45,553 nt of DNA from an uncultured Candidatus Saccharibacteria bacterium (GCA_947306585.1 CAMZGX010000001.1:1-45553); one strand, 5' to 3'; counted from the stretch's first letter, positions 28,249-38,809 are shown. Notes: generated from the sequence alone by a model not told the origin. Numbers and translations: made by a program.

Positions 28249-30321
28249 ATGAAACAAAAAATGGGGGGCATAATAACTGCGATATCTGTTGCGGCTTTTG
28301 CTGTTTCGGTTTTTGCAACGATTCCAACTTTTGCAGCAGCAAATATTTTTAAGATTCAAAACGCTGAGTTTGGCGAGCTTTCGAAAACTGCTGAAGTCGC
28401 TAATACTAGTTTTGATGAGTCGAAAATTATTAGCGATTTCACAGTTCACGAATTAAACGACGCCGTAGAATATCGCGTTAACCTTAAAAACACTGATGAT
28501 AAGGCGCATATCATTAAAGGCATTACGGATGATGCTAATAATAATTCATTCATTACCTTTAAATACGACCAACATATTAATGAAGTTATTGAAGCTGGCT
28601 CAGATCTCGAGCTTGTCGTTACTGCTACATATGCCAACGACAATTATACTAATGGTAGCGCTCGCGAATCAGTAATTAATACAAAATTTACAATTCAATA
28701 TGCCGATGTTGCTCCTGCTAAGTCAGAAGAAACCCCTGCTACATCGGAAGAAGAAACTCCAGCTACACCAAACGCTGAATCGGTTGAGATAGAGACTCCA
28801 ACTGTACCAGATACTGGTGTCAATTCAAGCTTTAGTGAATATGCTAAGCTTAGCATCGTTTCACTCGTTGTTTCTGCTGGCTTTATGATTATCTGCTTAG
28901 TTGTCTTTAGAAAGAACAAGAAAGCAGGTAAAATTATCATTGCTGGTATTATTGCTGTTGTGGCGTTTACTGCTACTAATACAGTCAAGGCAGAAACCGT
29001 AGAAGAAGATAGCTTCACAATTGAGACCAATTTCATTCTCAGAGATCGTTTGTATGTTACCTGGGAAGATAGAAACGGAAGGAAGCATAAAGATCTCGTT
29101 TACTATAATGACTATTTGGGCGTTAAGATAGAAGAAAAAGAAGGCTACACTTTTACTGGTTGGGTAGATAACAATGGTAGACAAGTTGATTTGAATGAGC
29201 CAGTTACGGACGATATGGAAATTCACCAAACCTTCCGTCCAAATCAATATTATATTAGCTTCAATGGCAATAAGGCTGATAGCGAAGATCCTATGCCTAT
29301 TGAAATGGTTTATGATGAAGCAGTAAAACTTCCATCTAAGCCTTATACTCGTGAGGGTTACTACTTCATGGGTTGGAATACTGAGGCTGATGGTAGCGGT
29401 GATAACTATGCTGACGGTCAAGAGGTTAAGAACCTCACTACAATGGACAACGGAGAAGTTACATTGTATGCACAATGGCAAAAGAAGTATCTCCAGATCA
29501 TGACTAATGAACTATTGGAGCAAGAATTGCCAGAAGTTGGTGCTACTGCAGTTCTTTACGATAATCGTGACGAGGAAGCCTATGTTGTTGGTAAACTTGC
29601 AGACGGTAATTACTGGTTACTCGATAACCTTCGCCTTGATCCAGCAGAAGTTTCACTTAATACATTAAAAGGAAACACTAACGCTTCAGATACCACACTC
29701 GAATATCTCAAGGGTGTAAAAACTGGTACCGTTTCGGATCAATATCCGCTCGCAGCCGTATCAAACAAATGGCCAGAATCGTATGACGTTTATGGTATTC
29801 CATATGTCAAATCTGATCTTAAGAATAATATTGCCGAAGAGGGTTATGAAGCTAAAACCGGTGTATATTATAACTTCTGTGCTGCATCAGCTGGTGCATA
29901 CTGCTATGGTAGCGATGAACAAATTGTATCTTATTTCGGTCACGGCAGTATTAACAATCCAAAAGAAAGTTGGGGTGAGCCAGAAGCTAAGGCTGTAGTT
30001 AACGAAGATATCTGCCCTGCTGGCTGGCAATTGCCAACTAGTGGTGGTAAGTCTACAAATGGTTCAACTGATTATAGTGATTACAAGATTCTCGCAGATG
30101 CCTACGGCAGTAGTGCTGACTTTGAGTCAATCTTCAGAATCCCTAACGTAAACCACATTCAGGATGGCGTTGTCTTTGGTAATACTTCATATTGGGGGAG
30201 AAATAACACTTCAGATGCAAACTATATGTCTTCGCTGCTTATTGCAGGAAAAGTTAATCCACTTTACGCTTCCGCATCTGGACGCCAAATGGGTCTTCTC
30301 GTACGCTGTATGAAGAAATAG
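28249..30321 (+). CDS. Surface protein: signal peptide, Ig-like domain, internal VPDTG-TM, second signal-like segment, InlB B-repeats, FISUMP (Fib_succ_major-like) domain
   Basis: EGYTFTGW and REGYYFMGWNTEADGSG..TLYAQW repeats; KLADGNYW..NL, YYNF.AASAG, ICPAGWQLPT, VRC. Confidence 0.85.
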   Translation: MKQKMGGIITAISVAAFAVSVFATIPTFAAANIFKIQNAEFGELSKTAEVANTSFDESKIISDFTVHELNDAVEYRVNLKNTDDKAHIIKGITDDANNNSFITFKYDQHINEVIEAGSDLELVVTATYANDNYTNGSARESVINTKFTIQYADVAPAKSEETPATSEEETPATPNAESVEIETPTVPDTGVNSSFSEYAKLSIVSLVVSAGFMIICLVVFRKNKKAGKIIIAGIIAVVAFTATNTVKAETVEEDSFTIETNFILRDRLYVTWEDRNGRKHKDLVYYNDYLGVKIEEKEGYTFTGWVDNNGRQVDLNEPVTDDMEIHQTFRPNQYYISFNGNKADSEDPMPIEMVYDEAVKLPSKPYTREGYYFMGWNTEADGSGDNYADGQEVKNLTTMDNGEVTLYAQWQKKYLQIMTNELLEQELPEVGATAVLYDNRDEEAYVVGKLADGNYWLLDNLRLDPAEVSLNTLKGNTNASDTTLEYLKGVKTGTVSDQYPLAAVSNKWPESYDVYGIPYVKSDLKNNIAEEGYEAKTGVYYNFCAASAGAYCYGSDEQIVSYFGHGSINNPKESWGEPEAKAVVNEDICPAGWQLPTSGGKSTNGSTDYSDYKILADAYGSSADFESIFRIPNVNHIQDGVVFGNTSYWGRNNTSDANYMSSLLIAGKVNPLYASASGRQMGLLVRCMKK

Positions 30322-30331
30322 TAATATAAAT

Positions 30332-30357
30332 AACCAGCCTTTCGGGGCTGGTTTTTT
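30332..30357 (+). terminator. Intrinsic terminator
   Basis: AACCAGCCT-ttcg-GGGCTGGTT followed by a T-run. Confidence 0.85.
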
Positions 30358-30392
30358 AGGCATAAAAAATCGAGCTACAAGGCTCGTTTTTT

Positions 30393-30476
30393 TGGTGCCC
30401 GAGACTGGACTCGAACCAGCACGCACGAGGCATATGCTCCTAAGGCATACGTGTATACCAATTTCACCACTCGGGC
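30393..30476 (-). tRNA. tRNA-Leu(TAG)
   Basis: GCCCGAG acceptor stem, anticodon stem TATGC/GCATA with loop CT-TAG-GA, long variable arm, GTTCGAGT, CCA encoded. Confidence 0.97.
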
Positions 30477-30492
30477 TTATTTAATTATTATA

Positions 30493-30924
30493 TCATAACT
30501 TCACGCAGTTTAGCGTGATTTCCATGTCGTAATCTTTTTTGCCGTATGGTTCATGTGGTTTAAAGACGACATCAGAAGTGTTTGTATCGCAGGTATATGA
30601 TTTTGTGTCAAAGTACGAACGATAGTTTTGGTTACTATTTAGAAATTCAGAGTTAAGGATTTGGCGGAGCTTTACTCTAAATCCAGCTGGGATCTTTTTG
30701 AAGGCTTCTCCGATATCTTCGCCATCATGATCGGTAATGAAATCCTCGTAAAGGGTATTTTCATAATAATTTTTTGCAAGTTCTTCGAATTTTTTCTCGG
30801 CAAAATAGGAATTGTCATAAAGATGAGTGAAGACGATCGCCAGCGCTGCCGCCACGATTCCAACTAGAATCAAAATCACCGTCACTTTCATGACAATGTT
30901 GCTGTGATTTTTGACCATCTTCAT
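30493..30924 (-). CDS. Hypothetical single-TM exported protein
   Basis: N-terminal TM, long helix, C-terminal Cys pair. Confidence 0.75.
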   Translation of the reverse strand: MKMVKNHSNIVMKVTVILILVGIVAAALAIVFTHLYDNSYFAEKKFEELAKNYYENTLYEDFITDHDGEDIGEAFKKIPAGFRVKLRQILNSEFLNSNQNYRSYFDTKSYTCDTNTSDVVFKPHEPYGKKDYDMEITLNCVKL

Positions 30925-30973
30925 GATACAAGTATATCATAACATAAGCGTTTTCATGTGGTAAAATAGAAGT

Positions 30974-32914
30974 ATGAGAAGAATTCTAGACAAGAATGGC
31001 CGTAGAATTATTACGCGCCTTCTGATTATTGCTGCGATGTCGTTTGTGACGATGGCTTTTATTGAATGGCGTTTTTTTGGCAACGATTATAACCGTTTGA
31101 TTGATTTTTTTACTTATAAACATTTAGTGTTTTGGTATAACACAATGCTCTTATTCTTTATTGAGCTAATTGTTTCTTGTTTCTTTAAGAAGCCTTGGAC
31201 TGGCCCTGGCGTGATGTTTATCGCTGCAATTATTGTTTCTTATATTACAGTCCAAAAGCAAAACTTCCGCGGACAGCCACTTTTGCCAGAAGATTTCATG
31301 TTAGCTGACCAAACCGGTACAATCACTAAGTTTATTGATTTTGGATCGCTTATCCGCACAATTTTGGCATGTCTTTTAACTCTTGGTCTAATTATTCTTT
31401 TGAACTATCTCACAAAGACTTTCTTCGATGTAAAAGATCGCAAAGAACCAAAGCGTTTCTGGAATAAGAACTTGCACATCTTCCGCTTCGTAATTCTTGT
31501 AGTTGGTATTACGGGCTTTGTTCATTATTCAGATTTCGCAGTCAACCACGCTGGTGGTCGCTATGAGGACATTCCTCAAATTCAATCTTATTTCATTGCT
31601 TGGAACCAGATGTATAACTATGAAACCAACGGTTTTATCTTGGGCTTCCTCTATAACTGGTCAAAGCTTGATTTGAAAGCTCCAGATGGCTATTCAGAAG
31701 ATAAGATTGCTGAGATTAAAGATATGTATTTATCTGAAGAAACTGAAGAAAAGAAGAAAACTCTCTCAGAAGAAGATTATAATATCGTCGTAATTTTGGA
31801 TGAGTCATTCAGTGATCCATCAGTAGTCTCTAACTATTATCACATCACCCCAAATAATCTTGGTGGCAAAAACTCCATGGACATTGAAATTACCGAAGAC
31901 GTAACTCCAGTCCTTCGCAACTTAATTAATAATGACAAACAATCAAAGAACTACGCTATCGGTCAAATGTATTCAATTGACTACGGTGGTGGTACTGCAA
32001 ACATCGAATTCGAAGTTGACACAACCATGTCAAACTACTTCTTAAATACTGTGCCATTTGTTGATCTTCTCCCACATACTGAAAGTGTGCCATCGATCTA
32101 TCAAATCGCAAAAAATGCTGGCTATAACACCCTCGCAATTCACCCATTTAACGGCGGCATGTATAAGCGTAACATCGCTCTTAAAAAAGAGGGAATTGAT
32201 CGCTTTATCGATGAAAGCGAAATGGAATATACCGACAAAGATGATAATCGCGAATACATTAACGATCGCTCAGCTTACAAAGAAACTTTAAGTTATTTGA
32301 AAAATAATAACAATAAAATGATTGTTTCACTCATTACCATGCAGAATCACGCTGGCTACTATACTGACGGTTATAGTTTTTATAGCTACAATGTTGAGGG
32401 TGACGTTAGTGCCCGCGAAAAAGAACAACTCCAAGTCTATCTCGAATCGCTTCATAACTCCGATTATTATCTCGGTGAGTTCTTAGAAGAGCTTAAAAAC
32501 TTCGATGAAAAAACCGTAGTCTTATGGTATGGTGATCACTATCCAGGCATCATTGAGACCGTTGAAAAGAGCGAAGATAAATCAGTCCGTGATCTTTCAC
32601 GCGTAACCCCATATTTAATCTGGGCAAACTTCGACTTGGAAGACAAAACCTATGACAATATCCAGCGCTTCAATCAGACCAATACTAACCTTCCGACCAC
32701 TACTCCAAACTGTCTTACTAATACTATGTTTGATCTTTTAAATCTCGAAAAACCAAGCTATATGAAGTTAGTTAACGAAGTTTGTGCAGAAACTCCAATC
32801 CTCGCTCAGGCTTACTACAGCGAAGAAGGACCATTCAAATCCACCACTTTTAGCAACTACGAGCTCTTCACTTATGACGTCTTAGGCGGTAGCCAATATT
32901 GGTTCAAAAGATAG
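30974..32914 (+). CDS. LTA synthase family (sulfatase-fold) membrane protein
   Basis: 5 TM; ILDESF; GGTANIEFE (catalytic Thr); TMQNH; YGDHYP. Confidence 0.9.
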   Translation: MRRILDKNGRRIITRLLIIAAMSFVTMAFIEWRFFGNDYNRLIDFFTYKHLVFWYNTMLLFFIELIVSCFFKKPWTGPGVMFIAAIIVSYITVQKQNFRGQPLLPEDFMLADQTGTITKFIDFGSLIRTILACLLTLGLIILLNYLTKTFFDVKDRKEPKRFWNKNLHIFRFVILVVGITGFVHYSDFAVNHAGGRYEDIPQIQSYFIAWNQMYNYETNGFILGFLYNWSKLDLKAPDGYSEDKIAEIKDMYLSEETEEKKKTLSEEDYNIVVILDESFSDPSVVSNYYHITPNNLGGKNSMDIEITEDVTPVLRNLINNDKQSKNYAIGQMYSIDYGGGTANIEFEVDTTMSNYFLNTVPFVDLLPHTESVPSIYQIAKNAGYNTLAIHPFNGGMYKRNIALKKEGIDRFIDESEMEYTDKDDNREYINDRSAYKETLSYLKNNNNKMIVSLITMQNHAGYYTDGYSFYSYNVEGDVSAREKEQLQVYLESLHNSDYYLGEFLEELKNFDEKTVVLWYGDHYPGIIETVEKSEDKSVRDLSRVTPYLIWANFDLEDKTYDNIQRFNQTNTNLPTTTPNCLTNTMFDLLNLEKPSYMKLVNEVCAETPILAQAYYSEEGPFKSTTFSNYELFTYDVLGGSQYWFKR

Positions 32915-33035
32915 ATAAGCATAAGCCCTATTGCATTTTTTGGCATTTTATGCTATAATATAGTTATTGTTACGGGGTAATACCGGGCAAATCGCCCATA
33001 AACCTACTAAACACGCACATTAAGGAGGAACATGT

Positions 33036-33590
33036 ATGAAAACATTCGAACAGGTTTTTGATTTCTTTGCTGGTAACCGTATGTCACTCGATCCTGGAGC
33101 ACCATCTTACATTGCAACATTTGGTGTAGCATTTGTTTTAGCTATAGCTGCAACCGTAGTTATCGTTAATCTTATGCACATTGATCTCTATGTTGACAAC
33201 GTACGAAAGGCTGGTCTTTCTGGAATCGTAGATGCATTTCACGGACAGGTAAGCATCCGCAGAGAAAGAGTCGTATCGGTGGTAAGAAGAGCTGATGGAG
33301 TTGGATATAATGTTACTACTGTAGAAGGTAGACAGAAATCAAGATATCTCGTACTCATATCAGACAAACTTGGAACCGAAGATTTTAAAGAAGCAGAAAT
33401 GCTTGCTGGGGGTAATAAAGAATTGTTCGATCGAATCCGTCCGGATTCTTGCGTTAAGGCTTGGACTTCTAATAATATTTTCTTTGTTTATCTAAACATA
33501 GACAAGGAAAGTTTTATCAAAGAAGAAAACGAGATCAGATTTATCTTAAATAAATATTTTAGAGATGAATACAACGCGCTTGTAGCATAA
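33036..33590 (+). CDS. Hypothetical single-TM protein
   Basis: SD AAGGAGG; own promoter (TTGCAT..TGcTATAAT) and terminator. Confidence 0.75.
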   Translation: MKTFEQVFDFFAGNRMSLDPGAPSYIATFGVAFVLAIAATVVIVNLMHIDLYVDNVRKAGLSGIVDAFHGQVSIRRERVVSVVRRADGVGYNVTTVEGRQKSRYLVLISDKLGTEDFKEAEMLAGGNKELFDRIRPDSCVKAWTSNNIFFVYLNIDKESFIKEENEIRFILNKYFRDEYNALVA

Positions 33591-33606
33591 CATTTCCCCC
33601 GAAATC

Positions 33607-33629
33607 GCCCCGCATTTGCGGGGCATTTT
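33607..33629 (+). terminator. Intrinsic terminator
   Basis: GCCCCGCA-tt-TGCGGGGC followed by ATTTT. Confidence 0.7.
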
Positions 33630-33657
33630 CTTGTCTTATTTATGGTAGAATATAGAT

Positions 33658-35061
33658 ATGAAAGACATTGAGACGACCTATTTCTTCTATGACCTTGAAA
33701 CGTCTGGACTTAGTCCAAGAACCGACCGCATTATGCAGTTTGCAGGCATTCGTACTGACACGGAATTCAACCAAATTGGTGATCCAGTAAATATTCTAGT
33801 AAAACTTTCGGATGACGTGTTGCCAAATCCTGGTGCAATTAATGTCACCGGCATTACTCCTCAGCAGACTCAACTCGACGGACTAACTGAGCCGGAATTC
33901 TGTAAGTATGTTCAGGAGGAGATTTTTACGCCAAAAACCATCGCGATTGGCTACAATTCGATTCGTTTTGATGATGAACATATGCGCTATACTTTTTATC
34001 GTAATTTTTATGATCCATATGAATGGCAATGGAAAGATGGTCGTTCACGTTGGGATCTTCTTGATGCTGTGCGTATGGTGCGCGCTTTGCGACCACAGGG
34101 AATTAATTGGCCAGTTTCAGAAGATGGCAAACCAAACAACCGCCTCGAAAATCTTACCAAAGAAAACAATCTTCCTCACGAGCATGCGCACGATGCACTT
34201 TCTGATGTTGAAGCCCTTATTTCTGTCACTAAAATGTTGAAAGAAAAACAGCCAAAACTTTATGAATATCTCTTTAGTATTCGTGATAAACGCGTGGTGA
34301 TGCGCCCATTCATGTTGGATTCAAAAACGCCAATCGTCTATACTTCTGGTCGTTTTCCATCGAAATATTGGCATACGAGTGTAGTTTTACCGATGATTTC
34401 TATGCAGGAAAATCAGTCGGCATTGGTCTTTGATCTACGTTATAATTTGGATGAATTATTGGAACGCGAAAAAGTTGAGCCAGACTTTGCTTGGACACCA
34501 ATCGTCAAGGAAATCGCCTTTAATAAATGTCCAGCCATCGCGCCAATCGGCGTTTTGGATCAAGAATCAGAAAAAGGTAAAACTGGTTGGGAACGCATTG
34601 ATCTTACCAAGGAACAAATCGAAGCTAACATTGAATCCCTCACGAAACATGCGCCAGAATTCTATCGTCGCATGAAAGATCTATTTAAGAAGAAAAAAGA
34701 AGCCTTTCCAAAAGCTAAGGATGTAGATGCACAGCTTTACGATGGCTTTATTCCAGATGGTGACAAGCTAAAAATGCGCGATGTGCGCGAGCGTAATGCG
34801 AATGAGCTTGCCGATTTTCATCCAATGTTTGAAGATCCAAGACTTTCAGAATTATTGTTGCATTATAAGGGCCGTAACTTCCCAAATTCTTTGGATGAAC
34901 ATGAACAAAAACAATGGGAAAAATATCGTATTGCTCGCCTCCAAGAGCAAGAGCAGACCTTTGTCTCTGAACTTGAACGTTTGAAGGATGAAATGGACCC
35001 TGGAGTAATGGAAGATTTGCTTTTGTGGTACCAAAGTCTCGCTTCAAATGACTATGAATAA
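33658..35061 (+). CDS. sbcB: Exodeoxyribonuclease I
   Basis: FYDLETSG, QFAGIRTD, GYNSIRFDDE, RWDLLD, HDALSDV, NKCP, QLYDGF. Confidence 0.95.
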   Translation: MKDIETTYFFYDLETSGLSPRTDRIMQFAGIRTDTEFNQIGDPVNILVKLSDDVLPNPGAINVTGITPQQTQLDGLTEPEFCKYVQEEIFTPKTIAIGYNSIRFDDEHMRYTFYRNFYDPYEWQWKDGRSRWDLLDAVRMVRALRPQGINWPVSEDGKPNNRLENLTKENNLPHEHAHDALSDVEALISVTKMLKEKQPKLYEYLFSIRDKRVVMRPFMLDSKTPIVYTSGRFPSKYWHTSVVLPMISMQENQSALVFDLRYNLDELLEREKVEPDFAWTPIVKEIAFNKCPAIAPIGVLDQESEKGKTGWERIDLTKEQIEANIESLTKHAPEFYRRMKDLFKKKKEAFPKAKDVDAQLYDGFIPDGDKLKMRDVRERNANELADFHPMFEDPRLSELLLHYKGRNFPNSLDEHEQKQWEKYRIARLQEQEQTFVSELERLKDEMDPGVMEDLLLWYQSLASNDYE

Positions 35062-35138
35062 AACTGGCATGCGATGAGTCCATATCTGGACTTTTTCGCA
35101 TTTTTGTGCTAAAATATACGCGTTTTATAGGAGACAAT

Positions 35139-38060
35139 ATGGCAAGTGGATTACTTAGTCCTGGTGGTGTGAAGATGCAGGGTGGCGCGGACAACTGCAT
35201 CAAAATTCGCGGTGCCAGACAGCACAATTTAAAAGACATTGATATTGATATTCCGCGTGAAAAACTCGTGGTTATTACTGGTCTTTCCGGTTCCGGAAAA
35301 TCAAGTTTAGCCTTTGATACGGTTTACGCTGAAGGCCAGCGTCGCTATGTTGAATCACTCTCAAGTTATGCGAGAATGTTCCTTGGCGTGATGGATAAGC
35401 CAGATGTTGATACGATCACTGGCCTTTCTCCAGCAATTTCAATTGATCAAAAATCCACTTCTAGAAACCCTCGTTCAACTGTTGCCACAGTGACTGAGGT
35501 TTATGATTATCTCCGTCTTCTCTTTGCCCGCGTTGGTGTACCACATTGTCCAATTTGTCACCGTGAAGTCTCCAGACGCAGTGTCGAAGACATTGTGAAC
35601 GAAGTGATGAAACTTCCACTTGGTAGCAAATTAATGCTTCTCGCGCCAATTGTCCAACAGAAAAAAGGTGAATTCCAACACGTTTCTGAACAATACATTC
35701 AGAAAGGTTTTTCACGTGTACGTGTAGATGGTATTGTTTATGCGCTCGATGAATTCCCAGAACTTGAAAAGAACGTCAAACACGATATTGAAATCGTAGT
35801 CGATCGTTTCATTTTGAGCCCAGACTTATTATCGCGTATTTCTGGTTCAATCGAACAAGCGCTTGATCTTGGCCAGGGAATTATTAAACTTTTGAAGATT
35901 AACGATAATTCTTCAACCATTGAAAAGAAAAATCTGAGCGATGATACTGAAATTCTCACTTATTCTCAGCGCTATGCTTGTGAATATCACCCAGATGAAT
36001 TAATTCCTGAACTTGAGCCACGTCTTTTCTCATTCAACGCTCCACAAGGCGCTTGTCCAACTTGTACTGGTTTAGGTTCTCGTCTTGAAATCGATCCAGA
36101 TCTCGTCTTTAATAAAAATCTCACAATTGCTGAAGGTGGCATTCGCCCATTCAACCGTATCCGTGATGATTCATGGTGGATGAAACGTTTGAATGCTGTA
36201 GCTGTTCGCCATGGCTTCTCAATTCATGTACCAATCAAAGATCTCACAGACGAACAACGCCACATGATTCTTTATGGTACTGGCGATGAAAAATATAAAG
36301 TCAAAATCGCCGGCACTGGTAAATTCCAGGAAGGTGCAGTTTATGAATCGACCTATGAAGGTGTTATCCCAACTCTTGAACGTCGTCATAAAGAAACCGA
36401 TTCTGACTTTATTAGAAAAGATATTGAACGCTTCATGCGCGTACGTGAATGTCAGACCTGTCATGGTGCAAGATTAAAACCAAGTGTGCTTGCTGTTACA
36501 ATCCACGATTTAAATATTGTTGATTTCTGTAATCTTGATGTCGACTCAACTCTTGAAGTATTGAGCCAGAACCTGGGTTTCTCGGAATCTGAAAATATGA
36601 TCGCTCAACCAATTTTGAAGGAAATTAAAGAGCGTGTAAAATTTATGCAAGACGTTGGTTTGGGCTATATCGAACTTGGCCGTGCAGCTAACACTCTTTC
36701 TGGTGGTGAGGCTCAGCGTATTCGTTTGGCTACCCAAATCGGTTCCGGCCTTCAGGGTGTGCTTTATGTTCTTGATGAACCATCAATCGGTCTTCATCAG
36801 CGCGATAACGATAAACTTATTGCAACTTTGAAACATCTTCGCGATCTCAAAAATACCGTCTTAGTGGTTGAGCACGATGAAGATACCATGCTTAGTTCAG
36901 ACTACCTAATTGATATCGGTCCAAAAGCTGGTAGCCGTGGTGGTGAAGTAGTTGCAGTTGGTACACCAGAAGAAGTGATGAATAATGAGAACTCGATTAC
37001 TGGTAAATACCTCTCTGGCAAAATGACTATTGCTGTACCAAAGAAACGTCGCAAAGCTAAACCAGGCAAAGAGTTGGTCGTTCGTGGTGCTCGCGAAAAC
37101 AACCTCAAAAATATCGACGTCAGATTTCCACTTGGTGTAATGACTGTTGTTTCTGGTGTTTCTGGTTCTGGTAAATCAACTCTCGTTAATGAAATTCTTG
37201 CTAACGATTTATTAGCTCGCTATCATCATGCTCAAACCGTTCCAGGAGCTCATGACACGATCGAGGGCACTGAGAATCTTGATAAATGTATCGTGATTGA
37301 TCAGTCTCCGATTGGCCGTACTCCACGCAGTAACCCCGCAACTTATACTGGCGTCTTCAATCAGATTCGTGAACTTTTTGCAAAACAACCAGAAGCTGAA
37401 ATTCGTGGTTATAAAGCTGGTCGCTTTAGCTTCAATATTAAGGGCGGCCGTTGTGAACACTGTCAGGGTGATGGTGTAAACAAGATTGAAATGCACTTCT
37501 TACCAGATGTTTATGTAACCTGTCCGGCCTGTCATGGTCGCCGTTATAACCGTGAAGCTCTTGAGATCAAATACAAGGGCAAAGATATCTCGCAAGTGCT
37601 TGATATGACTATTGATGAGGCTGTAGAGTTCTTTAGCAATATCCCAACTATCGCACCAAAACTCAAGACTATCCAAGAAGTTGGCCTTGGTTATATCCGC
37701 CTTGGTCAGCCAGCTACTACCTTCTCTGGTGGTGAAGCTCAGCGTATTAAGCTTGCAACCGAGCTTTCACGTCGTTCAACCGGTAAAACCCTCTATATTC
37801 TTGATGAGCCAACTACTGGTCTTCATACTGACGATGTCAAACGCTTACTTGAGATCTTAAATCGCCTTGTTGATGGCGGTAACTCGATGATCATCATTGA
37901 GCATAATCTTCACGTCATTAAAAGTGCCGATTGGATCATCGATATGGGCCCTGAAGGTGGTCAGCACGGTGGCCTCGTTGTAGCGGAAGGTACCCCTGAA
38001 GATTTGGCTAAAAGAACAGATACGCCAACTGGCATTTTCTTGAAAAATCTCATAAAATAG
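35139..38060 (+). CDS. uvrA: Excinuclease ABC subunit A
   Basis: Two ABC cassettes (GLSGSGKSS, GVSGSGKST, LSGGEAQRI) and zinc fingers; SD AGGAG before ATG 35139. Confidence 0.98.
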   Translation: MASGLLSPGGVKMQGGADNCIKIRGARQHNLKDIDIDIPREKLVVITGLSGSGKSSLAFDTVYAEGQRRYVESLSSYARMFLGVMDKPDVDTITGLSPAISIDQKSTSRNPRSTVATVTEVYDYLRLLFARVGVPHCPICHREVSRRSVEDIVNEVMKLPLGSKLMLLAPIVQQKKGEFQHVSEQYIQKGFSRVRVDGIVYALDEFPELEKNVKHDIEIVVDRFILSPDLLSRISGSIEQALDLGQGIIKLLKINDNSSTIEKKNLSDDTEILTYSQRYACEYHPDELIPELEPRLFSFNAPQGACPTCTGLGSRLEIDPDLVFNKNLTIAEGGIRPFNRIRDDSWWMKRLNAVAVRHGFSIHVPIKDLTDEQRHMILYGTGDEKYKVKIAGTGKFQEGAVYESTYEGVIPTLERRHKETDSDFIRKDIERFMRVRECQTCHGARLKPSVLAVTIHDLNIVDFCNLDVDSTLEVLSQNLGFSESENMIAQPILKEIKERVKFMQDVGLGYIELGRAANTLSGGEAQRIRLATQIGSGLQGVLYVLDEPSIGLHQRDNDKLIATLKHLRDLKNTVLVVEHDEDTMLSSDYLIDIGPKAGSRGGEVVAVGTPEEVMNNENSITGKYLSGKMTIAVPKKRRKAKPGKELVVRGARENNLKNIDVRFPLGVMTVVSGVSGSGKSTLVNEILANDLLARYHHAQTVPGAHDTIEGTENLDKCIVIDQSPIGRTPRSNPATYTGVFNQIRELFAKQPEAEIRGYKAGRFSFNIKGGRCEHCQGDGVNKIEMHFLPDVYVTCPACHGRRYNREALEIKYKGKDISQVLDMTIDEAVEFFSNIPTIAPKLKTIQEVGLGYIRLGQPATTFSGGEAQRIKLATELSRRSTGKTLYILDEPTTGLHTDDVKRLLEILNRLVDGGNSMIIIEHNLHVIKSADWIIDMGPEGGQHGGLVVAEGTPEDLAKRTDTPTGIFLKNLIK

Positions 38061-38097
38061 TGTATAATAACCGTAATCGTAAAAATAAGGAAAAAAT

Positions 38098-38775
38098 ATG
38101 TCTGATATTAAGTTACAATTGAATGCTCGTACTGCAACTGGTAAAAAAGCTGCTGCTCTCCGTGCTCAGGGTATCATTCCTTCTGTTATCTATGGTGAAG
38201 GCGAACCTATTCTCGCACAAGGCGCTTACAACGAAACCGAAAAAGCTCTCGTCGTCGCTGGTTATCACTCAACTATCGACGTTGATTTCGATGGTAAAAA
38301 GAAAATGGTCATCGTTAAAGATGTTAACCTTGATCCAGTTTCACGCAAGATTGTAAACGTTGAATTCCAAACTGTTAAAGCAAATAAAGCAATTGAAGCA
38401 ACTACTCCAATTATTATTGAAAACTACGAAACTTCAGATGCAAACAAAGCTCACCTTGCACTTCTCCAGGTTATGGAAGAAGTTGAAGTTAAGGCAAAGC
38501 CAAGCGATCTTCCAAAAGAAATCGTCATCGATGGTTCAAAGATGGCAACTCTCGAAGACAAGCTTACACTTGCTGATATCGAACTTCCAAAGGGTGTTGA
38601 ATTTGCAGATAAGGAAATCGAATTAACTCAAGCTATCGCAATTCTTACTGATCCTGCTGCTGAAGCTGCTGCTCGTGAAGCAGAAGATGAAGCTGCTAAG
38701 GAAGCTGGTGAAACCGCTGCTGCTGATGTTCCAAGCGACAATGGTTCAAAACCTGAAGCAGAAAAAGCTGAATAA
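38098..38775 (+). CDS. rplY: 50S ribosomal protein L25/CTC (long form)
   Basis: LRAQGIIPSVIYG, DPVSRKIVNVEF, PSDLPKEI, acidic tail. Confidence 0.93.
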   Translation: MSDIKLQLNARTATGKKAAALRAQGIIPSVIYGEGEPILAQGAYNETEKALVVAGYHSTIDVDFDGKKKMVIVKDVNLDPVSRKIVNVEFQTVKANKAIEATTPIIIENYETSDANKAHLALLQVMEEVEVKAKPSDLPKEIVIDGSKMATLEDKLTLADIELPKGVEFADKEIELTQAIAILTDPAAEAAAREAEDEAAKEAGETAAADVPSDNGSKPEAEKAE

Positions 38776-38779
38776 TTAT

Positions 38780-38809
38780 AAAAAGGGCCTCTATGCGGGG
38801 TCCTTTTTT
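38780..38809 (+). terminator. Intrinsic terminator
   Basis: AAAAAGGGCCTC-tatgc-GGGGTCCTTTTT. Confidence 0.75.

Noticed and set aside
28720..28770. Tandem repeat as a phase-variation tract
   Set aside because: Only two imperfect in-frame EETPAT copies in a linker; not a slippage tract.
30393..30924. tRNA-Leu as an island integration site
   Set aside because: No duplicated tRNA 3' end and no integrase found in the window.
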